From Mantamonas sphyraenae STR306 (lineage: Eukaryota; Protista; CRuMs), in assembly GCA_026936335.1 (NCBI GenBank), contig JAPMXV010000042.1:248001-312000 (forward strand): a stretch of 64,000 nt of DNA, given 5' to 3'. Below the pieces are notes generated by a model. The model did no database searches and was not told the DNA's origin. It saw only the letters and a list, made by a program, of their open reading frames with translations. Position 1 is the first letter of the stretch, and each line of letters starts with the position of its first letter. Shown here piece by piece: positions 39,201 to 51,200 of the stretch. The position numbers were made by a program, and so were the translations under genes.

Positions 39201-42200
39201 CAACATGGCCGACGTGCCCGCCAACTTGACCTTTGAACAACGCCGATCCGGGAGCCATTGTGATCAACGGCACCTTTGTTGCGCTGAACCGCTTCCTGTC
39301 GGGTCTGCGATACATGCCCAAGCTTCACATCGACTACAACATGACACTGAGCATGCGTGTGATCGATGACGATGGCAACGCCACAGTGTCGTCGTCTGTG
39401 CTGCAGCTGGTGCCTGTGAACGACGCACCGCAACTGCGTCTCGTGCCCGCCGTCTTCTTGGCGGAAGACACCGTCGCCAACGTGTCTGGCTCGTTCATTG
39501 CCGATGTGGATGGCAAGCCGTGGCACCAAGTGACCATGAACATCTCATCGACCCATGGTCGCTTCCGCTCGTGCGGCCCGCCCTGCGCAGCGCTGACCAA
39601 CAACGCTACACATGACGACCTGCTGCGCACAGTTGTGTACAGTGGCAGCTACTCATGCATCAACAGCACCCTGGCGTGCTTGGTGTACGTGCCCGACATC
39701 CACTTCTTTGGCGCTGCCGAGATTCTGGTGTACGTGGACGACTTGGCCACGGGCGGCGCGCCCGATGTGCAGACCGATGCCGGAGTGATTGCAGTCAATG
39801 TGTCGTCTGTGAACGACAACCCGGTGTTTGTGAACGCCAGTGCATCGTATGCAGTGACGGAGGACACCCTGACGGCGCTGCCGGGCATTTCCATTTCCGA
39901 CGTGGACGACTACAACGTGGTGCCGTTCTTTGTGTCGCTGAACGTGTCGTCGGGTGTGGTGTCGAGTGCGGCCGACCTGACCAAGGGCAGTGGCTTCCTG
40001 ACACAGAGTCTGAACGGGGCTGGCGTGAGCGGTTTGCAGGTTTCCCCGTGGGCCAAGAGCTGCCACGCGTACAAGGCACAGGGTGCCAACACCACTGGTC
40101 TGTACGTGATCGATGTGGACGGCAACGGTCCGCTGGGCAACACTGTTGTGTACTGTGACATGGAAAGCGACGGCGGAGGTTGGGCGTCTGTGTTTTACGC
40201 AGACACGACGCCGGCCTGGGACACGGGCAGCAGCGTAGAGGTGCCGCTTGTGTTTGCCAACGACGACATGGACTCGACCATCCTGTGGGCCGACAACTCG
40301 GGTCAGGTGATGATCGACAACGGTGATGTGACCAGCACCAACGTGTTCCGTAGCGTTCGCCCTGATGGGACTGCGCTGACGACACAGCACGTGTTGCCAG
40401 GCACACGCCCCAGCTACATCGGCAACAACGCACGTCCTGTTGTGCACAACGGTATCAACCGTGTGTCGTGGCTGGACTGGCAGAACTCGCGCTTCGTGGT
40501 TGCACCCAAGGAAGGCTGTGCCTTTTACATGACGGCTGCCACAGCCAACGTGGCCATCCGCAACCCGATGAACACGTTCCCTGGCACTTCGTTGACGCTG
40601 TCGTTCTGGGCCCGTGTGCTGAACCCGAACCAGCTGTGGCTGGGCTACTCTATCCCGGCCACCGACAACGCACTGTACATCCATGCGGCTGCTAGCAACA
40701 CACTGACCGTGTTTGTTGCTGGTAACTCGGTGGCCACGTCCGCGATTCCGTTTGTGGCTGGTCAGTGGATGCACTTTGCACTGACGTGGAACTCTGCGGG
40801 TGGTGCAGTGCAGTTCTTTGCGAACGGTGCGCAGTACCTGAGCACGTCGGTGTCGAACGGTGCGACGATTGCCAACGGCGGTTCGTTTGTGTTGGGCTGT
40901 GACCAGGATGGTGTGGATGTTGTGAACGACAACTCGCAGTGCACAAACGGACAGTTTGACGAAGTGGCGCTGTTTGACCACGTCAAGTCGATTGGCGACA
41001 TCAACGCGTTCCGTTTCAACGGTCTGAAGGGCAACGAAGCGGGTCTGCGAGCGTACTGGAAGAGTGATGTGTGCACGGGTAACGTGCTGAAGGATCAGTC
41101 GGGCAACGCACAGGACATGACTGTGCGTGGCACGCCGACATGGCAGACGCCGGTGGGTGTGTCGGAGATTGTGACGTTTGCGGACCTTGGTCTGACCAGC
41201 GACGCTGGTCTTAGCACGTACGGTCAGAACTTTGTGATTGCCAGCGATGGTGTGAGTGAGTTTATGCTGCGCAGCAACGCGCAAGCCGACAGGCTGATCA
41301 GCATTGACTGGGAACATCGCAACGTGAGTTCGCGCGCCACTGGCACGACTGCGTTTTCGCCTGCTGGAGGGTACTTTGGCACCGAGCAGGATGCGTTTGG
41401 TCACCATCTGTGGACGGTGAACGGCCGTGTGATGTACACGTCATCGTCGTACAACCAGCGCATGGCGGGTACGCTGACCAACATCCAGGGCCAGGCGAAC
41501 GACTACTCGTTCCCCGGTGCAATTGACAACACCCAGTTTGGTTTGGATCTGTTCTTCCGCACCAACGCCCAGGGTTTCCTGTACTTTGGTGATTGGGGCC
41601 ACGACAACGGTGGCTACTTTGGGCAGGGCAACGACGACCGCATGGGCACACGCCGCACCAACATCCGCTTCACGGACTGGCTGACGACAACTGGCAACGT
41701 GAGCGTGACTTTCAGCCCGAAGGAGGGCATTGTGGTGGATCCTCTGGCGGAGATTGTGGTGTCGACTCGTGCGAACGGAGTGGACTTGCAAGGCGGCATG
41801 GTGGGTGTGAACAAGTACCTGTCAGGCCTGCAGTACATGCCTGGACTGCACGTGGACACGAACCAGACGCTGGATGTGCGTGTGATGGACGAAGACGGAC
41901 ACTACACTGAGCGTCGCCTTGTGATGCACATTGGTGCGGTGAACGACGCCCCCGTGCTGAATGCTGTGTCGATGAGCTATGCCGGTGTGGAGGACACGGT
42001 GCTGGTGCTGCAGGATCAGCTGCAGCTGAGCGACGTGGACGCGTACGAGCTGCCCATGGAGCTCAACATCTCTGTCAGCCACGGTGGCTTCCAGCTGCCG
42101 GCCATGGCTTCGGTCACGGTGCAGACGCTGGCATCCACCAACGCCTCCATGCCTGCCCACTGGCGCTCCGTGCGTCTGCGGGGCACCCGAGCTGCGCTTA

Positions 42201-45200
42201 ACCGCACGCTGTCTCTCGTGAGCTACATGCCCGATCTGCACTTCTACAGCACCGATGCTCTGCAAGTGTCTGTCAACGATCTGGGCAACAGCGGCTGGGG
42301 CGGTGAACTGACCCACGCTCTGAACATCACGTTCAACGTGGCTCCGGTGAACGATGCTCCTGTGTTTACGGTGCCCACCAGCTTCTACGCCATCTCTGAG
42401 GACACCCAGGCCACCATCGACGGCATCACGCTCGTGGATGTGGACACTGCGCCCAACGAGCAGCTTGGTTTCCGCTTGGTTGCACCGAACGGCCGTCTGT
42501 TCCTGAACACGAGCCAGGCAGGAGCTGCTGGCGCGTCGTTTGACCCTGTGTACGTCAATGGCGGTGCTGATGTGCGTGTCAACGCCACGCAGATGCAGTT
42601 TGCAGCGTTGATGCATGCCATGGTGTACCTGCCCAACCTGCACTTTGTGGACAACGAGACGGTGGCCATTTCGGCCACGGACTATGGTCGCTACGGAAGC
42701 GGAGGTGTACAGTACGCCAACGCAGCGGTTGTGGTCAACATGCAGCGGGTCAACGATCTGCCGCGTCTGGACGCACGTCTTACGTACACCATCAAGGAGG
42801 ACGAAGTGTTGACGCTGAGCGCCATCAACGTGACCGACGTCGACGTGTTGCCCACAGACATCATGCGTCTCAACATCACAGTTGCGCGTGGTAGTTTGTC
42901 ATTGGACATGTCTGCTGACGTGCAACTGGTTGACTACGTTCAGAGTGGTGACGCACAGACTGTGTCGTTTGCCATGAATCTTACCGCGGTGAACACGCTG
43001 CTGTCGCATGTCGTCTACACGCCTCGTCTGCAGTCGTTTGGATTTGACAACATCACTTTGATTATCGATGATATGGGTGCAGATGGCCTTCAAGTTTTGG
43101 GCACACGACACGTGATTCAAATCCAGATTTACATCATCCCGAAGAACGACGCTCCGTTCATCACCACGGTGCACGGTCCGTTCTACGTGTCGGAGGACAC
43201 CCAACTGGCAGTGTCCAATCTGGCCACTGTGTCGGATGTCGATGTCGTTGACGGCTTGCTGGAACTCAACCTCACCGTGCAGCACGGTCGCCTGTCCTTC
43301 AACACCACCTCTGGTCTGGTGTTCATGTATGGCACCAACCAATCGGCAACCCATCTCTCTGTGCGTGGCCAGCTGACCTCGATCAACTCTGCCCTTGAGT
43401 CTGTGTCCTACATGCCGGACTTGCACTACTTCGGCAACGACACAATCGCCTTGGGCGTTAACGATCTCGGCAACACTGGCTCCGGCAATGATACTGCACT
43501 GTCGACGAGCTATGCATGGACAATCCTGGTTGCTTCCGTGAACGACAACCCTGTGTTTGTGAACCTGCCTGCATCGTACGTGGTGACGGAAGACACAGTG
43601 ACGGCGCTGCCAGGCATCTCCATCTCGGATGTGGATGACGACACCGCTCGCCTCACCGTCGAGCTCACGGTCACCATGGGCAGCCTGTCGTCCAGCAACA
43701 TGGCCGACGTGCCCGCCAACTTGACCTTGAACAACGCCGATCCGGGAGCCATTGTGATCAACGGCACCTTTGTTGCGCTGAACCGCTTCCTGTCGGGTCT
43801 GCGATACATGCCCAAGCTTCACATCGACTACAACATGACACTGAGCATGCGCGTGATCGATGACGATGGCAACGCCACAGTGTCGTCGTCTGTGCTGCAG
43901 CTGGTGCCTGTGAACGACGCACCGCAACTGCGTCTCGTGCCCGCCGTCTTCTTGGCGGAAGACACAGTCGCTAACGTGTCTGGCTCGTTCATTGCCGATG
44001 TGGATGGCAAGCCGTGGCACCAAGTGACCATGAACATCTCATCGACCCATGGTCGCTTCCGCTCGTGCGGCCCGCCCTGCGCAGCGCTGACCAACAACGC
44101 TACACATGACGACCTGCTGCGCACAGTTGTGTACAGCGGCAGCTACTCGTGCATCAACAGCACCCTGGCGTGCTTGGTGTACGTGCCCGACATCCACTTC
44201 TTTGGCGCTGCCGAGATTCTGGTGTACGTGGACGACTTGGCCACGGGCGGCGCGCCCGATGTGCAGACCGATGCCGGAGTGATTGCAGTCAATGTGTCGT
44301 CTGTGAACGACAACCCGGTGTTTGTGAACGCCAGTGCATCGTATGCAGTGACGGAGGACACCCTGACGGCGCTGCCGGGCATTTCCATTTCCGACGTGGA
44401 CGACTACAACGTGGTGCCGTTCTTTGTGTCGCTGAACGTGTCGTCGGGTGTGGTGTCGAGTGCGGCCGACCTGACCAAGGGCAGTGGCTTCCTGACACAG
44501 AGTCTGAACGGGGCTGGCGTGAGCGGTTTGCAGGTTTCCCCGTGGGCCAAGAGCTGCCACGCGTACAAGGCACAGGGTGCCAACACCACTGGTCTTTACG
44601 TGATCGATGTGGACGGCAACGGTCCGCTGGGCAACACTGTTGTGTACTGTGACATGGAAAGCGACGGCGGAGGTTGGGCGTCTGTGTTTTACGCAGACAC
44701 GACGCCGGCCTGGGACACGGGCAGCAGCGTAGAGGTGCCGCTTGTGTTTGCCAACGACGACATGGACTCGACCATCCTGTGGGCCGACAACTCGGGTCAG
44801 GTGATGATCGACAACGGTGATGTGACCAGCACCAACGTGTTCCGTAGCGTTCGCCCTGATGGGACTGCGCTGACGACACAGCACGTGTTGCCAGGCACAC
44901 GCCCCAGCTACATCGGCAACAACGCACGTCCTGTTGTGCACAACGGTATCAACCGTGTGTCGTGGCTGGACTGGCAGAACTCGCGCTTCGTGGTTGCACC
45001 CAAGGAAGGCTGTGCCTTTTACATGACGGCTGCCACAGCCAACGTGGCCATCCGCAACCCGATGAACACGTTCCCTGGCACTTCGTTGACGCTGTCGTTC
45101 TGGGCCCGTGTGCTGAACCCGAACCAGCTGTGGCTGGGCTACTCTATCCCGGCCACCGACAACGCACTGTACATCCATGCGGCTGCTAGCAACACACTGA

Positions 45201-48200
45201 CCATTTTTGTTGCTGGTAACTCGGTGGCCACGTCCGCGATTCCGTTTGTGGCTGGTCAGTGGATGCACTTTGCACTGACGTGGAACTCTGCGGGTGGCGC
45301 AGTGCAGTTCTTTGCGAACGGTGCGCAGTACCTGAGCACGTCGGTGTCGAACGGTGCGACGATTGCCAACGGCGGTTCGTTTGTGTTGGGCTGTGACCAG
45401 GATGGTGTGGATGTTGTGAACGACAACTCGCAGTGCACAAACGGACAGTTTGACGAAGTGGCGCTGTTTGACCACGTCAAGTCGATTGGCGACATCAACG
45501 CGTTCCGTTTCAACGGTCTGAAGGGCAACGAAGCGGGTCTGCGAGCGTACTGGAAGAGTGATGTGTGCACGGGTAACGTGCTGAAGGATCAGTCGGGCAA
45601 CGCACAGGACATGACTGTGCGTGGCACGCCGACATGGCAGACGCCGGTGGGTGTGTCGGAGATTGTGACGTTTGCGGACCTTGGTCTGACCAGCGACGCT
45701 GGTCTTAGCACGTACAGTCAGAACTTTGTGATTGCCAGCGATGGTGTGAGTGAGTTTATGCTGCGCAGCAACGCGCAAGCCGACAGGCTGATCAGCATTG
45801 ACTGGGAACATCGCAACGTGAGTTCGCGCGCCACTGGCACGACTGCGTTTTCGCCTGCTGGAGGGTACTTTAGCACCGAGCAGGATGGGTTTGGTCACCA
45901 TCTGTGGACGGTGAACGGCCGTGTGATGTACACGTCATCGTCGTACAACCAGCGCATGGCGGGTACGCTGACCAACATCCAGGGCCAGGCGAACGACTAC
46001 TCGTTCCCCGGTGCAATTGACAACACCCAGTTTGGTTTGGATCTGTTCTTCCGCACCAACGCCCAGGGTTTCCTGTACTTTGGTGATTGGGGCCACGACA
46101 ACGGTGGCTACTTTGGGCAGGGCAACGACGACCGCATGGGCACACGCCGCACCAACATCCGCTTCACGGACTGGCTGACGACAACTGGCAACGTGAGCGT
46201 GACTTTCAGCCCGAAGGAGGGCATTGTGGTGGATCCTCTGGCGGAGATTGTGGTGTCGACTCGTGCGAACGGAGTGGACTTGCAAGGCGGCATGGTGGGT
46301 GTGAACAAGTACCTGTCAGGCCTGCAGTACATGCCTGGACTGCACGTGGACACGAACCAGACGCTGGATGTGCGTGTGATGGACGAAGACGGACACTACA
46401 CTGAGCGTCGCCTTGTGATGCACATTGGTGCGGTGAACGACGCCCCCGTGCTGAATGCTGTGTCGACGAGCTATGCCGGTGTGGAGGACACGGTGCTGGT
46501 GCTGCAGGATCAGCTGCAGCTGAGCGACGTGGACGCGTACGAGCTGCCCATGGAGCTCAACATCTCTGTCAGCCACGGTCACTTCCAGTTGCCTTTCCTT
46601 ACTGAGCTCGCACAGCAGATCACGATCATCCCGAAGGCACGTACATTCTTGAACTGCACCAACGCAACCTCATGCAGCGATGTTACCACGTGCAACAACG
46701 TCACGACTTGCCAGAACACCTCGGACTGCGCCAATGTGACGACTTGTCAAAACTCGACCTCGTGTCAGAACCTGACAACCTGTGAGAATGTGACTGCTTG
46801 CCAGAACATGACCACATGTCAGAACGTGACCGCGTGCCAGAACCTGACAACGTGCCAGAACGTCTCCACGCCTGTGACGACATGCTCGTCGGGTGCCAAC
46901 TCCACAGAGGGTCTCAACTGCACCATGATGTGGATCAACTGCACCAACGGCGTGTCGATGAACTGCACGGGCATGAACTGCACCAACATGACGATGCCGG
47001 GCGCCAACTGCACGGCTGTGCTTGTGTGCGTGAACGCGACGGCGAGCGCCAGCAATGGCAGCGAACCTGTGGTGAACTGCACGCAGACGTTTGTGGACAG
47101 CAGCAACTGCAGCACGAACCCAAGTTGCACTACTTTCACCAACTGCACAACTGGCCCTGTTTGCAACACGACTGCGAACTGCACGACCACACCCAGTTGC
47201 ACAACGACAACGAACTGCAGTACCGGCGTTGAATGCGTCATGGGTGTCAACTGCACTACCAGCCTGAGCTGCAACACGTCTCCCAATTGCACACACTACC
47301 CTGTGTGTGTGTGGATGCAGAACGGTACCTTGCCTGTGCCGGTGGCGACTCAGCCGGTGAACAGCTCCTTCCTGAACTGTACGCAGAAGGAGGTGTGTGT
47401 AGTGATGAACATTACTGCACCGCCTGCACAGAACACGACGTATCTGAACTGCAGCAATGTGGAGACGTGCCAGCCTGTGATGACATGCCAGAACGTCTCT
47501 ACGCCGGTGACGACCTGCTCGTCGGGTGCCAACTCCACAGAGGGTCTCAACTGCACCATGATGTGGATCAACTGCACCAACGGTGTGTCGATGAACTGCA
47601 CGGGCATGAACTGCACCAACATGACGATGCCGGGCGCCAACTGCACGGCTGTGCTTGTGTGCGTGAACGCGACGGCGAGCGCCAGCAATGGCAGCGAGCC
47701 TGTGGTGAACTGCACGCAGACGTTTGTGGACAGCAGCAACTGCAGCATGAGCAACAACTGCACTCAACAGTCCGTGTGTGTCTGGATGGTCAATGGTACT
47801 GCAACGTCGGCGCCTGTGATTCCTCCGGTGAACACAACGTACTTGAACTGCTCTGGAGTTGCTGAGGCGTGCCAGAACATGACAACGTGCCAGAACGTCT
47901 CTACGCCTGTGACGACTTGCTCGTCGGGTGCCAACTCCACAGAGGGTCTCAACTGCACCATGATGTGGATCAACTGCACCAACGGCGTGTCGATGAACTG
48001 CACGGGCATGAACTGCACCAACATGACGATGCCGGGCGCCAACTGCACGGCTGTGCTTGTGTGTGTGAACGCGACGGCGAGCGCCAGCAATGGCAGCGAA
48101 CCTGTGGTGAACTGCACGCAGACGTTTGTGGACAGCAGCAACTGCAGCAGCGGCACTGTGTGCACCCAGCAACCCGTGTGTGTTTGGATGGTCAACAACA

Positions 48201-51200
48201 CTGCGCAACAGGAGAGTCCTGCAGCGAACACGACCTACGTGAGTTGCAGTATGCAGCCCTCGTGCAAGTTCGTGGTCAACGTGACGGATCCCGTGCACGC
48301 ATGGTACCGCAGCCTGCGTTTGATCGGTACGCAAGCGGATCTGAACCGCACGTTGTCGCAGCTGCGCTATCTCGCTGATGAACACTTCTACACTCACGAC
48401 TCGTTGGAGATTTCTGTGTCTGATTTGGGCAACTCTGGCTTTGGCGTCCCTCTGGGAGATGCGATGAACATCACTCTGGACATTGTGGGTGTCAACGACC
48501 ACGTGGTGATCACCGTGCCGCACGGTGTGGTGACCACCGAAGACGTGCAGATGGACGTTCCTGTGAGCGTTTCGGATGTGGATCTCGTTTTCAACGAGCT
48601 CACAGTTATGGTGAATGTCACGCACGGTTCGCTGGCAATCAACAACACGGCAGGTCTGGTCTTTGTGGCCCCGTACAACACGAGCCAGTGGCAGCGTATG
48701 ATTGCGTTCAACGCCACATTGCAGCAGACCAACGCAGCATTGGCTACCTTGACTTTCCTGCCCGATCTTCATTTTGTGGGTGTCGCTACGGTCACCATTG
48801 TGGTCCGCGACAACACGCACATCTTCAGTACCGGTGAGTCGATCGTCACGCGGAACACCAGTATCCTGGTGACACCTGTGAATGATCGTGTGATTGCAGA
48901 GGTTGTTTCTGCGCTGCAGGTGAGCGAGGACACGTTGCTGCCTCTTCAGCCGCTGCAAATCTCGGACGTGGACGTGCTCCCGGATCTGGATCCGATCTAC
49001 ACGTACGCTCAAGTGCAGCATGGTTACCTGTTCCTGCAGCAACCGTGGGGCAATATGAGTGTGGTGCAACAGGGCGGCAAGGTGCTGCAGTTCACGGCCA
49101 CCTTGAATGAGCTCAACGCGCTGTTCAACCAGTCACGTGTCCAATACCTGGCCGAGAAGGACTATCATGGCGCGGATGTGGTCACTTGGACGTTCAGTGA
49201 CCAGGGGTACAACGGCTATGGTGACATCATCCCCTTCAACGCCACCACTGCACTCAATGTGAGTGCTGTGAATGACCCGCCCACGATTGCTGCCCCAAGC
49301 AACGTGACCTGCAATGAGGACATCGGGTTCAACTTGACCGCGTTTGCTGTGTCTGATATCGACAGTCTGGACACTCCCATCGAGCTGCACATTTCTGTGG
49401 AGCACGGTACTTTGTCTGGCTTCAATGTCAGCCGATACGCCTACCTTGTGAATGGTTCCATGCCTCTTCCGCAGAACACGACGTATCTGAACTGCAGCAA
49501 TGTGGAGACGTGCCAGCCTGTGATGACATGCCAGAACGTCTCTACGCCTGTGACGACTTGCTCGTCGGGTGCCAACTCCACAGAGGGTCTCAACTGCACC
49601 ATGATGTGGATCAACTGCACCAACGGTGTGTCGATGAACTGCACGGGCATGAACTGCACCAACATGACGATGCCGGGCGCCAACTGCACGGCTGTGCTTG
49701 TGTGCGTGAACGCGACGGCGAGCGCCAGCAATGGCAGCGAGCCTGTGGTGAACTGCACGCAGACGTTTGTGGACAGCAGCAACTGCAGCATGAGCAACAA
49801 CTGCACTCAACAGCCCGTGTGCGTCTGGATGGTCAACACGACGACGCCCGAGCCGCAGGGACCAGTTGTGGCTTCGCACTTGTGGGTCCAGACTGGAATG
49901 GTAAGCAACACGACGTGGCAGTTGAGCATGCGTGCTCCGGTGGCAATTCTCAACGAGACGCTGAAGAGCTTGCACTACCAGCCCAACATGCACTTCTATG
50001 GACCAGACCGCATGACGCTCATGATCGACGATCTCAAGAGCCATGGTGAGATCTTGGAGCCGTGGACTGCTACACACTACGTGGACATTGATGTGGTATC
50101 GATCAACGACGCGCCTGTGATCACGGCCCCGGCCGCTCTGAGCATGAACGAAGAGATCCCGGTTGCTTTCAGCATCAGCGTGAGCGATGTCGATTCGTAT
50201 GAATTGCCGATGAACGTGTCGCTGGAGACGAAGCATGGCAACCTCGTTCTGCAGCTGGGCAACCTGACGGCTGCTGAGCTGGGTGTGTCCAATGCAACGA
50301 TGACCATGCTGCGCAGCAAGAACTACCTGAAGCACGCTGTGTTGCCACAGTCCAAGATCAACATGATCCTGGGTGTGGTGACATACCAGCCGGACGTGCA
50401 CTACTTTGGTGCCGACGTGGTGAACATCACGATCGACGACCTTGGTAACTCGGGTCTGGGCCGCCACGTGGTTGAGCACGACGTGCTGCTCTCTGTTTAC
50501 AGCATTAATGATCACCCGATGTTGCGCAACGTGCCCTTGGCCCTTCAGGTGGATGAAGATGTGCCCCTGCACATCGACGGTATCTGGATGACCGATGTGG
50601 ACGTGGAAGACCGCCTCATGACGGTGCGCATGTCGAGCACATTTGGCAACCTGACACTGGACACGACTTTGGGTCTGAACTTCACTGAGGGCACCGTGAA
50701 TGGTCTCACCTCGCTGGTGTTCACTTGTGCGCTGCCCAACTGCTCTCAGGCCATCGGAAACTTCACCTACACGCGCGTGCCGCACTGGTACGGCAAGGAT
50801 CAGATTGTGTTGCAGGTGAACGACAACGACGTGGCTGGCGTCCATTCGCTGGGTGGTGCTCTGGTAGACAACGCGCTCATCAACGTGACCGTGGTGCCGC
50901 AGAATGATGCGCCTCGTATCTGGGTGGCCACGTCGTACATGGCTGTGTCTGAGGACACGGAGTTGACCATTACGGGTGTTCATGTCACAGACATCGACGT
51001 TTACGCCTTGCCTATGGAACTGAACCTGACGGTCTACCATGGTCGCATCTACCTCCCGCTGCCTGTCATCGCACAAGAGGCCAACTCCAACATGACCCAG
51101 GGCATGAACATGACAGAAGGTATGGGCATGATGCAGGGTATGATGAACATGACCCAGACGGTGAACGGCACCATGAATGTCACCGCGAGCGGAAACAACG

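Noticed and set aside
37439-49830. Repeats as transposons or CRISPR-like arrays
   Set aside because: All are in-frame coding duplications; no transposase, terminal inverted repeats, target-site duplications or repeat-spacer structure were seen.
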